This document shows positions 18,537 through 27,955 of a stretch of DNA of 64,000 bases, piece after piece. The position numbers and the translations under genes are program-made. The DNA is taken from positions 43,896 through 107,895 of the forward strand of contig CAVTES010000002.1 in assembly GCA_963733885.1 (NCBI GenBank), read 5' to 3'. Under the pieces are notes generated by a model, which searched no databases, had not been told where the DNA came from, and saw only the letters and a list, made by a program, of their open reading frames with translations. Each line of letters starts with the position of its first letter. Within the stretch, counting starts at the first letter, position 1. Source of the stretch: an uncultured Thermoleophilaceae bacterium. Lineage in GTDB: Bacteria > Actinomycetota > Thermoleophilia > Solirubrobacterales > Thermoleophilaceae.

Positions 18537-19205
18537 ATGACCGTGCTCGTGGCAGGCGGGACGGGCTTTCTCGGCTCGGCCGTCGTGCGCGAGCTGATCC
18601 GGTCGGGGCACGACGTGACGGCGACCTGGGTGGTCGAGGCGGAGCGCGAGCGGCTCGCCTCGGAGCCGGTCGAGCTGGTGGAGGCGGACCTGTTCGATCC
18701 GGACGCCGCCGAGGCGTCGGTGCGGGCGGTTAAAGACCTCGAGGCGGTCGTCGACCTCGTCGGGGGCTTCGCCGACGGCCCGCGCATCCACGAGACCGAC
18801 CCGGCGGAGTTCGCCCGGCTCATGCAGCTCAACCTGACCCCCGCCTTCCTTCTCGCGCGAGCGGCGATGCCGCGCCTGATGGAGCGCGGCGGCGGGGCGT
18901 TTCTGTGCGTGTCCGCGCGCACCGCGCTGCGCCCCTATCCGGGCGGCGGCGCCTACTCGGTCGCGAAGGCGTCGGTGCTTGCGCTGGTGAACGCGCTCGA
19001 CGTGGAATACCGCAAGGAGGGGGTCCGCTGCAACGCGATCCTCCCCAGCGTGATCGACACCCCGGCCAACCGCGAGGCGCAGCCGAACGCCGACTACTCG
19101 AAGTGGGTCAAGCCCGAGGAGATCGCCAAGGTCGTGTGCTTCCTCGTCTCGAGCGACTCGGCGCCCACCAGCGGCGGCGCCGTGCCCGTCTACGGGCGCG
19201 CGTAG
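18537..19205 (+). CDS. Short-chain dehydrogenase/reductase (SDR) family oxidoreductase
   Basis: VLVAGGTGFLGSAV Rossmann motif, YSVAKASVLAL (YxxxK), ILPSVIDTP. Confidence 0.85.
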   Translation: MTVLVAGGTGFLGSAVVRELIRSGHDVTATWVVEAERERLASEPVELVEADLFDPDAAEASVRAVKDLEAVVDLVGGFADGPRIHETDPAEFARLMQLNLTPAFLLARAAMPRLMERGGGAFLCVSARTALRPYPGGGAYSVAKASVLALVNALDVEYRKEGVRCNAILPSVIDTPANREAQPNADYSKWVKPEEIAKVVCFLVSSDSAPTSGGAVPVYGRA

Positions 19206-19837
19206 TAGGACAGCGCCAGCCGGCCGATGTACTTGGTCGCGTTGCCGTTCTGGATAGCGCCCATGGGGGCGCCGATGAGCGGGATCCATCGGCCGGCGTA
19301 GCGGCGCGCCAGGCGCCGGGCGAGGTACCTCACAAGGCGGTGGTGGAGGCGGTCGGTGGTGCGCCCCGCGAGCGCCTTCTCGACCATCGCCTGGGCCATC
19401 AGCTTGCCCATGCCGTCGAGCGCCCTCCGGGCGTCCTCGGGAGTGGCGTACACGCCCTGCAGCGCGAGCAGCTCGGCGGGCCGCATCGGGTGACGCGGGT
19501 CGTACCCGTAGGCGGCCGCAATGTAGAAGATCATGCGGCTCTGGATCCAGATCAGGGCGACCACGTCGGGCGCGGCCGTGAGCGCTCCGCCCACGCCGAG
19601 CACGCCGCCCTCGAGCCGCGCCAGGCGCACGTGCTTGCGGTAGGCGATCTTGGCGAGCTTCTCCGGCGTGTGCCCCGCGCCGGCGACCCGAACCCACTCC
19701 TCGGCCTGCGGTCCGAAGCGGTCGGCGGCCGCCAGCGCGATGAGCTCCGGGGCGCGCTCCGGCTGGGCGAGGATGCGGTTCCATAGCGCCTTCGGAAAGC
19801 GCTTCATATGGGGGATGTGCTCGGTTTGAGTCGCCAT
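19190..19837 (-). CDS. EcsC-family protein (tentative)
   Basis: LEGGVLGVGGALTAAPDVVALIWIQSRMIFYIAAAYGYDP pattern as I recall it for EcsC proteins. An alternative start is at 19807 (MKRFPKALW). The 3' end overlaps the SDR gene by 16 nt. Confidence 0.5.
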   Translation of the reverse strand: MATQTEHIPHMKRFPKALWNRILAQPERAPELIALAAADRFGPQAEEWVRVAGAGHTPEKLAKIAYRKHVRLARLEGGVLGVGGALTAAPDVVALIWIQSRMIFYIAAAYGYDPRHPMRPAELLALQGVYATPEDARRALDGMGKLMAQAMVEKALAGRTTDRLHHRLVRYLARRLARRYAGRWIPLIGAPMGAIQNGNATKYIGRLALSYYARP

Positions 19838-19856
19838 CGGCGGGTACTCTCAGACC

Positions 19857-20372
19857 ATGGCAGACACCACGACGACTATCCGCCACGGCATCCTCGGCGA
19901 GGGGATGCGCGACGAGCGCGAGCAGCTGATCGAGATGCTCATCAAGTCCTACTGGATGGAGGTCGAGACCGTGATGAGCTACCTCGCGAACTCGATCAAC
20001 CCGGAAGGCGTGCGCGCGCAGGAGATCATCGAGTCGCTCGAGCAGGACGTCCAGGAGGAGCTCGGCCACGCGCGCCAGTTCGGCGAGCGGATCAAGGAGC
20101 TGTACGGGGTCGTCCCCGGCTCGCTCGACTTCAACGCCGAGCAGTCGTACCTCCAGCCGCCCGACGACCAGGTCGACATCGTCCACGTGATCAAGGGCGT
20201 GATCGAGGCCGAGTCAGGCGCGATCGAGCACTACAACCAGATCATCGAGTTCTGCGAAGGCAAGGACCCCGTGACCCAGGACATGGTGATCGCGATCCTC
20301 CGCGACGAGGAGGGCCACAGGCGCCTGTTCGAGGGCTTCCTGCGGGAGTACCAGGCGGAGGGGCTGGCCTAG
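19857..20372 (+). CDS. Ferritin-like di-iron four-helix-bundle protein
   Basis: Two ExxH pairs: EELGHARQF and RDEEGHRRLF, with partner glutamates in EVETVMSY and IEAESGAIEHY. Confidence 0.8.
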   Translation: MADTTTTIRHGILGEGMRDEREQLIEMLIKSYWMEVETVMSYLANSINPEGVRAQEIIESLEQDVQEELGHARQFGERIKELYGVVPGSLDFNAEQSYLQPPDDQVDIVHVIKGVIEAESGAIEHYNQIIEFCEGKDPVTQDMVIAILRDEEGHRRLFEGFLREYQAEGLA

Positions 20373-20426
20373 CGGGCTTCACCCCGGGGCGGGCGCCACG
20401 CGCCGCTACCATCGTCGTGCTGTTTC

Positions 20427-20499
20427 GGCGAGGTAGCTCAGTCGGTAGAGCACACGACTGAAAATCGTGGTGTCGCCAGTTCGATTCTGGCCCTCGCCA
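20427..20499 (+). tRNA. tRNA-Phe (GAA)
   Basis: GGCGAGGTAGCTCAGTCGGTAGAGCACACGACTGAAAATCGTGGTGTCGCCAGTTCGATTCTGGCCCTCGCCA folds as a cloverleaf. The anticodon loop is CTGAAAA and the T-loop is GTTCGATTC. CCA is not encoded. Confidence 0.95.
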
Positions 20500-20507
20500 T
20501 TTGCCGG

Positions 20508-20540
20508 AACCCCGCACCACGAGCGGGGTTTCGCGCTTTC
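20508..20540 (+). terminator. Hairpin downstream of tRNA-Phe
   Basis: AACCCCGC-accacga-GCGGGGTT (8-bp stem) followed by TCGCGCTTTC. Confidence 0.5.
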
Positions 20541-20747
20541 GGGGCAAGGGCGCCCGGGGCGCCGCAGGGCCGGGCTGGCAACCGATAGGGCAACCGCCGC
20601 CCGGCCGGGCGACTGCGCGAGCTGCTCGCCGCCGAGCGCGCCCGCTGCCAACCGTTCGCCCGCGCCTGGCGGCGCGCGCTATGCCCGCGTGCGCTGGGTG
20701 AGGTGCTGGCGCCTTTCGTCAACGCAGCACTGCTGCCGTCGGAACGT

Positions 20748-21509
20748 CTACGGCGCAGCCGCAGGGCGCAGGGAGCTGCCGTCCCCTCCGGTAAACCGAG
20801 CGTCGTCGAGAATCGGCGAGGGCCTGAAGCCCTTGACGATCAGGTAGATCGCAAACGCCGCCTCGAAGGCGGCCTCGGGGATCGAGAAGAGGGCGTGCAG
20901 GCCGTCCTGCTCGTACGCGCCGAACAGGACCGCGATCGACGACACGAAGATAAGCGGTCCGCCGATGACGCCCAGCATCGCGAGCCGTGGCGGCATCAAT
21001 CCAGTGCGGTACATCAGCCAGCCGAGCAGGATGCCGTTGACGCCGACGCAGAATCCCGGCCCGAGCAGGAACGTCCAGTCGTGGATCGCGACCAGGGTCC
21101 GCCCGGCGATGTCGAGCGAGGTTGCGTCCGCACCGATCGAGGCGGCCAGGTCGTCGCCCAGGGTGACGACGGAGAGCAGGCTGATCGCGCCGACCCCGAT
21201 GATCGTCGCCTCGATCGTGCGCGAGGCGACGTAGCTAAGCGAGAGCGTTTCGCTGTACCGCCTGAGGATCGGAAACATCACGACCGCCGTGCCGACGTTG
21301 CCGATCATCAGGAAGATCTCGAGGAGGGCGCCCAGCTTGACGCGGGTGTCGTCGCCGGCGGCGAAGATGTAGTCGGTGTCGTTGAGTATCGAGTCGTAGA
21401 GAATGAGCGCGGCTGGGATGGACGTGAGAAACGTCAAGGCCATGAGCCAGCCGGCGATACGAGCGGTCCTTCTCTGCTGCGGCGACTGCTCTGGCAGGGA
21501 AATCGTCAT
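20748..21509 (-). CDS. DUF4386-family membrane protein
   Basis: Trimmed to the ATG at 21509 (MTISLPEQSPQQRRTARIAGWLMALTFL). Multiple transmembrane helices and family-typical N-terminal RIAG motif. Confidence 0.72.
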   Translation of the reverse strand: MTISLPEQSPQQRRTARIAGWLMALTFLTSIPAALILYDSILNDTDYIFAAGDDTRVKLGALLEIFLMIGNVGTAVVMFPILRRYSETLSLSYVASRTIEATIIGVGAISLLSVVTLGDDLAASIGADATSLDIAGRTLVAIHDWTFLLGPGFCVGVNGILLGWLMYRTGLMPPRLAMLGVIGGPLIFVSSIAVLFGAYEQDGLHALFSIPEAAFEAAFAIYLIVKGFRPSPILDDARFTGGDGSSLRPAAAP

Positions 21510-21658
21510 GCCCGCCCTGTACGTCAGGAGCAGCGGGATTCCTCTCGCTGGCACGCGTGCGCAACCGCCCGCCGGGTCGGCACCGCCGGTGGGTCGAATC
21601 GACCGCGTCTCGCTACTGCTTCCCTAGCGCGGGCTCGCCTTCACCGCCGTCCCGATGA

Positions 21659-22090
21659 TCAACGGGACACCTTTGTTGAGGGCGGCCAGTTGCGGGCGGC
21701 CACCAGCGTCACGATGATCGCGATCAGGATGTACTTCCCCTTGGCGATGACGAACTTCAGCCACCAGGGGATTTCCGGTACGTCCGGCAACGGGATGGAT
21801 CGGGGCAGGTCGAGGCTGCGCACCAGGCCGAGGATCGGGTCCCATATCACCACGGCGGCCACCGCCGCCACCACAAGCGCCGCGACGGCCAGCTTCACCG
21901 CCAGGTCGCGACGATGGAGTGGAGTGTCGGGCACGCCTCGAGCATCACTTAGCGGCGCGCTCGCCGCATCGGGCCCAAGACCGATCTTCGCCTCAGACTC
22001 GAGACGGAGGGCGGGAGCGGCGGGTGGCTGAGGGCTTCCTGGTCTGGACCTGGTTGCCCGCCCGGCTTGGTTCCGTGCGCCTCCGCGCAC
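21659..22090 (-). CDS. Hypothetical membrane protein
   Basis: Two hydrophobic helices (LAVKLAVAALVVAAVAAVVIW; YILIAIIVTLVAA). The start is uncertain and no homology is recognised. Confidence 0.35.
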   Translation of the reverse strand: MRGGARNQAGRATRSRPGSPQPPAAPALRLESEAKIGLGPDAASAPLSDARGVPDTPLHRRDLAVKLAVAALVVAAVAAVVIWDPILGLVRSLDLPRSIPLPDVPEIPWWLKFVIAKGKYILIAIIVTLVAARNWPPSTKVSR

Positions 22091-22112
22091 ACGCGGCCGT
22101 GGAATCAGCGAT

Positions 22113-23159
22113 CTAAGCTAGGAGCCGGCCGTGGGACGCCAGCAGCTCGAGCACCTCGTCGTGCGGCAGCGCCTCGACAACGCGGCCCTCACGGCCGGTC
22201 GTCCGCTCGGCGCTCCATAGCGCGTTCAGCACGGCCTCCTCGGTGGCGTCGACGGTCGCGGCGAAGATCGGGTCGAAGTCGACATCCGTCGCCGAGCGGG
22301 CGGTCGAGAAGGCCATGAAGATCTCCCCGCTGTCATGGTGCGCCACCGATCCGGTTCGCGCGAGGCCGAGCCCGGCGCGACGGGCCACCCGCGTGAGGTC
22401 GGCGGCGCCGAGTGACGCATCGGTGGCGACGATCGCGATGCAGCTGCCGGCCGGGCCCCGCGGCTCCATGGCGGCCCCGCCCAGCAACCGGCCGACGGGC
22501 ACGCCGTCCACGCGAAGCTGGTCGCGCGTGCCGAAGTTCGCGAGCACGAGCACACCGACCGTGTGGCCCTCGGTCGTCCGGCTCGACGTCCCGATGCCGC
22601 CCTTCCACTCGAAGCACATCATCCCCGTGCCGGCGCCCACCGCCCCCTGCTCGACGGGCCCGGCCCTCGCCGCGTCGAGCGCCCGCCCGGCGTCAGCCGC
22701 CTCCACCTGCACCACACGCGCCTCGCTCAGCCAGCTGTCGTCGCACTCGGCCACGACCGGGACCACCACCGCGTCGACGCCGATCGCCGGGTCGGCCGCC
22801 ACCGCGGCGGCCACGGCGCCGTCGAAGACGCGGCCCACCGCCATCGTCGTCGTCAGGTAGATGGGCGTCTCCAGCACGCCCCACTCGGCCACCGCGATCG
22901 ACCCCGTCATTTCACCGGCGCCGTTCAGCACCGCCACCCCGGCCGGAACCGGCGCGGTCCGGAGCGTGCCGGGATCGCCGGGCACGACGGCGGTCACGCC
23001 GCTTCTGCCCACGCCTCTCCCGTCGGGCGGGTCCGGCTCGTCGCGGAGCACCGTCACGTGTCCGACCCGCACGCCGGCCACGTCGCCGATCCCGCCGGTG
23101 GGCCCCGGCTCCAGCTCGCCGATGCGAAGCCCGTGCTCGCGCAGGCTGGCGGCGGCCAT
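22113..23159 (-). CDS. P1/S58 (DmpA-type) aminopeptidase
   Basis: Trimmed to the ATG at 23159 (MAAASLREHGLRIGELEPG). ITDVAGVRVGH-like GIGDVAGVRVGHVTV, NGAGEMTG, and the GAGTGMMCFEWKGGIGTSS self-processing region. Confidence 0.85.
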   Translation of the reverse strand: MAAASLREHGLRIGELEPGPTGGIGDVAGVRVGHVTVLRDEPDPPDGRGVGRSGVTAVVPGDPGTLRTAPVPAGVAVLNGAGEMTGSIAVAEWGVLETPIYLTTTMAVGRVFDGAVAAAVAADPAIGVDAVVVPVVAECDDSWLSEARVVQVEAADAGRALDAARAGPVEQGAVGAGTGMMCFEWKGGIGTSSRTTEGHTVGVLVLANFGTRDQLRVDGVPVGRLLGGAAMEPRGPAGSCIAIVATDASLGAADLTRVARRAGLGLARTGSVAHHDSGEIFMAFSTARSATDVDFDPIFAATVDATEEAVLNALWSAERTTGREGRVVEALPHDEVLELLASHGRLLA

Positions 23160-23205
23160 GCCCGCCACCCTACCTCCCGGATACGCTCGCGCGGTGGGAC
23201 TCGCG

Positions 23206-24249
23206 ATGCCCGTCGTCTGGAGCGACCGCCACCGCCTGCACGATCCCGGCGGCGAGCTCTGGCTGGGGATCCGCACCCCGGGCACCGAGCTGCCCGAGCG
23301 CGTCGAGCGGATCCGCGAGGCCTTGGCCGAGGCGGGCGCCCGGTTCGTGGATGCCGAGGAGCAGCCCGACGACGCCGTGATGGCTGTCCACGAAGCGTCC
23401 CTGACGGACTACCTGGCGAGCGCCTGGGAGGAGTGGGAGGCCGCGGGGCTGACGGAGGATCCGGGCCAGGACCGGGTGGTGCCCTATCTGTTTCCCCACC
23501 CGGGGCTGGCGGCGCCTGACGGCCGCATCCCCACAGCCATCTCGGCTCGCGCCGGGCGCTTCGCGTACGACACGATGACGCTGATCGGGCCGGGCACTTG
23601 GGAGGGAGCCCGGACGGCCGTGGACGCGGCCGTGACCGCCGCCGACCTCGTGCTGGGCGGGGCGCCCGCGGCCTACGCGTGCTGCCGTCCCCCGGGCCAC
23701 CACGTCACGCGCACGTGCTTCGGCGGCTCGTGCTACCTGAATAACACCGCCGCCGCCGTGGCCCGCCTGCGCGCCGGGACGGGCGGACCGGTGGCCGTGA
23801 TCGACGTGGACGCCCACCACGGCAACGGCACCCAGTCGATCTTCTACGACGACCCCGGAGTGCGGACCGGGTCGGTGCACGTGGACCCGGGTGCCGGCTG
23901 GTTCCCGCACTACCTCGGGTTCGCCGACGAGACCGGCGGCGGCGCCAACCGCAACGTGCCGCTTCCACCGGGCACGGGCGACGAGCGCTGGACGGACGCC
24001 GTCGCGGGGCTGGCGGAGTGGATGGCGGGCGCGGATGCGCTCGTGGTCGCCCTCGGCGTGGACGCGGCCGCCGGCGACCCGGAGAGCCCGCTCGAGGTCA
24101 CCGCCGACGGCTTCCGGGCCGCCGGCCGCGCCATCGGCGAGCTGGGACTGCCGACGGTCGTGGTACAGGAGGGCGGCTATGACCTGAGCGAGATCGGCCG
24201 TCTGGTGCTCGAGGCGCTCGCCGGCATCGAGGAGGGAGCCCGTGGCTGA
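23206..24249 (+). CDS. Histone deacetylase / acetylpolyamine amidohydrolase family protein
   Basis: Trimmed to the ATG at 23206 (MPVVWSDRH). CRPPGHH, DVDAHHGNGTQSIF, and QEGGY near the C-terminus. Confidence 0.85.
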   Translation: MPVVWSDRHRLHDPGGELWLGIRTPGTELPERVERIREALAEAGARFVDAEEQPDDAVMAVHEASLTDYLASAWEEWEAAGLTEDPGQDRVVPYLFPHPGLAAPDGRIPTAISARAGRFAYDTMTLIGPGTWEGARTAVDAAVTAADLVLGGAPAAYACCRPPGHHVTRTCFGGSCYLNNTAAAVARLRAGTGGPVAVIDVDAHHGNGTQSIFYDDPGVRTGSVHVDPGAGWFPHYLGFADETGGGANRNVPLPPGTGDERWTDAVAGLAEWMAGADALVVALGVDAAAGDPESPLEVTADGFRAAGRAIGELGLPTVVVQEGGYDLSEIGRLVLEALAGIEEGARG

Positions 24250-26089
24250 GCAGAAGTCGATCTGGGTCGGGCGCGACGAGCACAACGGCGTGCAGGCCCA
24301 GCCGCGCAAGGATCTGAAGCCGCCGGCGCACTGGCGGCTCGAGGCGGTCGCGGCGACGCGGCGGCCGCGCTCCCTCACCGTCGGGGGGGACCGGCGGCGG
24401 GCGGTCTTCATCGAGGACGGCGACACGTCGGACATATGGCTGCTCGACCTCGACGGCGACGGACCGCCCGAGCGCCTCACCACCGGCCGCGACCCGATGC
24501 CGTTCTGGGAGGACACCCCGCCGCGGGTGTCGCCCGACGGGACGACGGTCGCCTACGCCGATGGGGGCCACATCTGGCTCGTGCCCGTGGCGGGCGGGCC
24601 GTCGCGCCGGCTGACAGAGGGGACCCATCCGGTGTGGGTAGACGGGACGCGTCTCGTGTTCAAGACCGAGCGCGGCGACACCACCCGGCTCGCGGTCGCC
24701 GGCACCGAGGACGCGTGGCCGCGCCGCCTCGCGACGGAGCACGGCGACCTCGACGAGCGCGGCGACGAGGGCGAGGCCACGGTCTCGCCGGACGGTCGCG
24801 AGGTCGCCTACACGTTCTCCCCGCGCAAGGACCTCAACCGCAGCGAGATCCGCGTGGCGCGGCTCGACAACGGCGAGGTGCGAGCCCTCACCGGCACGCC
24901 GCGGATGCACGACCACAGCCCGGCCTGGTCGCCCGACGGGGCCACGATCGCCTACGCCTCCGAGCGCAGCGGCTACAACGAGCTCCATCTGGTGGGAAGC
25001 GACGGCGCGGGCGACCGGCAGCTGACCGACGCGGGCGCCGACCACTCGGAGGCCGAGTGGGCGCCGGGCGGCGCCCGGCTGGTCGCTATCCGGGGCCGGC
25101 GCAACCACTTCGACCTCGTCGTGGTGGACGCCGCCAGCGGGGCGGCCGACGAGCTCGCCCGCGGCGGGATCTGGGGCTGCCCGCACTGGACGGCCAAGGG
25201 CGAGATTGTGGCGACCTACGAGGACCACAACACTCCACCCGAGCTGCGGCTGGGCACACGGCCGTCCACGCGCCATGCCCCCGCGCCGCTCCCGGTCAAG
25301 CGGGCGCCCCACGCCGCGCTCGAGGAGGTCGCGTTTCCGTCGTTCGACGGCATCGAGATCCCCGCCTTCATCATGCGCCCGCGGGGCGCCTCGCCCGAAT
25401 CCTCGGCGCCCGCAGTGGTCTATCCGCACGGCGGGCCCACCATGGCCTACGCCGACGAGTGGGACGGTCACGCGCAGTACTTCGTCGACAAGGGATACGC
25501 GTGGCTGATGCCCAACTTCCGCGGCTCGACCGGATACGGGATCGAGTTCGAGCGGCTGAACCATGGAGTCTGGGGCGTGGACGACACGAAGGACTGCCTG
25601 GCGGCCGCGGACTACCTGCGCACACTCGACTGGGTAGACGGCGACCGGCTCGGGATCTTCGGCGCCAGCTATGGCTCGTACATGGCGCTGCTGGCGGTGA
25701 CGGACGACCCGGAGGACCGCTTCCGCTGCGCCGTGCCGAAGTACGGCGACTGCGACATCGTCACGTCGTGGGCGCAGGGCGACCGGACAGGCGTGCTGGA
25801 CCTCGAGCGAATGATGGGCCCGCCCGCCACCGCGCGCGAGGCGTACATCGCCGGCTCGGCCTTCCATCGCCTCGAGAACGTGGACGTGCCGCTGCTGATC
25901 GCCCACGGCGAGCGCGACGCACGCGTCAGCCCGAAGCAGTCCGAACAGCTCGTGATCGAGCTGCGGCGGCTGGGCAAGACCTTCGAGTTCGTGACCTACC
26001 CGACCGAGGCGCACGGCCTCCTGCGAGCCGGGCCCCAACTCGACTTCTACCGACGGCTCGAGCGCTTCCTCGACTGGCATCTGATGTGA
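24242..26089 (+). CDS. S9 family serine peptidase (beta-propeller plus prolyl-oligopeptidase/acylaminoacyl-peptidase catalytic domain)
   Basis: Repeated SPDG propeller motifs, HGGP, nucleophile GIFGASYGSYMA (GxSxG), and late D and H (ERDARV, EAHGL). Confidence 0.9.
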   Translation: MAEQKSIWVGRDEHNGVQAQPRKDLKPPAHWRLEAVAATRRPRSLTVGGDRRRAVFIEDGDTSDIWLLDLDGDGPPERLTTGRDPMPFWEDTPPRVSPDGTTVAYADGGHIWLVPVAGGPSRRLTEGTHPVWVDGTRLVFKTERGDTTRLAVAGTEDAWPRRLATEHGDLDERGDEGEATVSPDGREVAYTFSPRKDLNRSEIRVARLDNGEVRALTGTPRMHDHSPAWSPDGATIAYASERSGYNELHLVGSDGAGDRQLTDAGADHSEAEWAPGGARLVAIRGRRNHFDLVVVDAASGAADELARGGIWGCPHWTAKGEIVATYEDHNTPPELRLGTRPSTRHAPAPLPVKRAPHAALEEVAFPSFDGIEIPAFIMRPRGASPESSAPAVVYPHGGPTMAYADEWDGHAQYFVDKGYAWLMPNFRGSTGYGIEFERLNHGVWGVDDTKDCLAAADYLRTLDWVDGDRLGIFGASYGSYMALLAVTDDPEDRFRCAVPKYGDCDIVTSWAQGDRTGVLDLERMMGPPATAREAYIAGSAFHRLENVDVPLLIAHGERDARVSPKQSEQLVIELRRLGKTFEFVTYPTEAHGLLRAGPQLDFYRRLERFLDWHLM

Positions 26090-26108
26090 GATAGTCGCGC
26101 GGCCCGAA

Positions 26109-26139
26109 GCGCCCGGCTCGGCCGGGCGCGCAGGGTTTT
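26109..26139 (+). terminator. Intrinsic-terminator-like hairpin after the S9 peptidase gene
   Basis: GCGCCCGGC-tcg-GCCGGGCGC (9-bp stem) followed by GCAGGGTTTT. Confidence 0.5.
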
Positions 26140-26167
26140 GCGTCTGAAGCCACGGAGGGACTCGCGC

Positions 26168-27955
26168 GTGAACATCAGAAGGACTCTGGCCGGAACGATC
26201 CTGCTCTTGATCCTGATCGCCGGGCTGGCGGGCGTATCGGCGCGCAGCCAGGAGGGGCCGGTCACGTTCGACATCGGCGAACCGCAGGGAATCGACAGCA
26301 TGAGCCCGCTGGTGGGAGTCCTCGTCCCCGACTACGAGGCGTGGAACATGATGTACGCCACGCTGACGGACAAGGCGGCCAAGGACTTCTCGACCATCCC
26401 CGGCCTGGCGGAGTCGTGGAAGGGGTCCAAGGACAAGCTCACCTGGACCTACAAGCTGCGCGACGGGCTGAAGTGGTCGGACGGCAAGCCGCTCACCTCC
26501 GAGGACATCGTGTGGAACATCAACACGTCTCGCAAGGAGGAGTGGCTCAACCATTCCTCGGTCACCGCGAACCTCACCGCCTCGGCGCCGGATCCGCGGA
26601 CGGTGGTGATCAAGACTTCGGTGCCGGACCCCAAGCTGCCGACGATGGACGTGTACCTCCTGCCCAAGCACATCTGGGGCAAGCTGAGCCCGGAGCGGCG
26701 TGATAAGTACGAGGGGGAGGACGGCGTGGGCTCGGGGCCCTTCGTTCTCGACAAGTTCGAGAAGGGCCAGTTCGCGCGCTTCAAGGCCAACCCCAACTAT
26801 TGGGGTGGCAAGCCGGCCGTGGACACGGTCGTGATGCGCAAGTTCAACAACCCCGACGCGATGGTCGCCGCGCTCAAGACCGGTGAGCTCGACGCGGCCT
26901 GGAACATCCCCGGGAACGCGTTCAACCAGCTGAAGAACGACGACAACTTCGTCACCAACGAGGGCTACCAGGGCGGCTTCGCCGAGGTGGCGCTCAACGG
27001 CGGCGACGGCCTGAGGCAAGGCCACCCGGCTCTGCTCGACTTCGAGGTGCGCAAGGCGATCGCGCACTCGATTGACAGGGAGACGCTCGTGGACCGCGTG
27101 CTTGCCGGCGTCGGCAGGCCGGCCCAGATGATCGTCCCCTCTCCCGATCCGGCGTGGGTGCCCGAGCTCTCGGAGGACCAGATCTACGAGTTCGACCTCG
27201 ACAAGGCTCGCTCGATCCTCGACGCGGCGGGCTACGAGGACACCGACGACGACGGCGTGCGCGAGATGCCGGGCGGCGGCCGTCCGCTCAACTTCCGCTA
27301 CTTCGCGCGTACCGACGGTGATACCGGAGCCGGGATCGCGGAGTTCGTGCCCGGCTGGCTGGAGGAGATCGGCATCGCCACGACGGTGAGGAACGTGGAC
27401 GACAGCCAGCTCACCAACATCATCGGCAAGGGCGACTACGACATGTTCGCCTGGGGCTGGACGCCCTTCGTCGACCCGGACACGATGCTCGACTACATGA
27501 CGTGCAAGCAGGTGGCCGCGGATCCAGAGGATCCCACCAACTACTACAACGACGCCAACTACTGCGACAAGGAGTACGACCGCCTCTACGAGCAGCAGAA
27601 GGTCGAGCTCGACCGCGAGAAGCGCGAGCAGATCGTCCACGAGATGCTCACACGCTGGCATCAGTCGGCCTTCTACAACGTGATCTGGGAGGAGCCCGAC
27701 GCGATCGCCTACGCCAAGGACCGCTTCACCGGCTGGGTGGAGCAGCCCGAGGGCACGGGGCCCGTGCTGTTCTCGAACACCTCACCGACCTACGCGCGGC
27801 TCGAGCCCGTGAGCGCGTCAGCGGGCGGCGGGGGGGCAGACGACGACGGCGGTGGCAGCGGGGCGATCATCGCGATCCTCGCCGTCGCCGTGGTGGGCCT
27901 GGGGGTCGCGCTGGTGGTGGTCGCGCGCCGGCGCGGCGCCTACGACCGCGAGTGA
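26168..27955 (+). CDS. ABC transporter substrate-binding protein, family 5 (peptide/nickel type), with a C-terminal transmembrane anchor
   Basis: Start moved to the GTG at 26168, 8 nt after the GGAGGG RBS. Signal or anchor VNIRRTLAGTILLLILIAGLAGVSA has no lipobox Cys. SBP_bac_5-like body. C-terminus GGGGADDDGGGSGAIIAILAVAVVGLGVALVVVARRRG. Confidence 0.88.
   Translation: MNIRRTLAGTILLLILIAGLAGVSARSQEGPVTFDIGEPQGIDSMSPLVGVLVPDYEAWNMMYATLTDKAAKDFSTIPGLAESWKGSKDKLTWTYKLRDGLKWSDGKPLTSEDIVWNINTSRKEEWLNHSSVTANLTASAPDPRTVVIKTSVPDPKLPTMDVYLLPKHIWGKLSPERRDKYEGEDGVGSGPFVLDKFEKGQFARFKANPNYWGGKPAVDTVVMRKFNNPDAMVAALKTGELDAAWNIPGNAFNQLKNDDNFVTNEGYQGGFAEVALNGGDGLRQGHPALLDFEVRKAIAHSIDRETLVDRVLAGVGRPAQMIVPSPDPAWVPELSEDQIYEFDLDKARSILDAAGYEDTDDDGVREMPGGGRPLNFRYFARTDGDTGAGIAEFVPGWLEEIGIATTVRNVDDSQLTNIIGKGDYDMFAWGWTPFVDPDTMLDYMTCKQVAADPEDPTNYYNDANYCDKEYDRLYEQQKVELDREKREQIVHEMLTRWHQSAFYNVIWEEPDAIAYAKDRFTGWVEQPEGTGPVLFSNTSPTYARLEPVSASAGGGGADDDGGGSGAIIAILAVAVVGLGVALVVVARRRGAYDRE

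Noticed and set aside
18408-20186. 592-aa minus-strand ORF across the SDR, EcsC and ferritin-like genes
   Set aside because: It overlaps three better-supported genes in different frames or strands and has no recognisable domain.
20427-22100. tRNA-Phe as the attachment site of a genomic island
   Set aside because: There is no integrase or mobility gene, and I noticed no direct repeat of the tRNA 3' end downstream. The adjacent genes are ordinary membrane and peptidase genes.
24098-27661. 1187-aa minus-strand ORF spanning the S9 peptidase and SBP genes
   Set aside because: It is antisense to two genes with clear family motifs. Its composition is Arg/Gly/Pro/Val-rich with no domain signature, as expected for off-strand ORFs in ~70% GC DNA.
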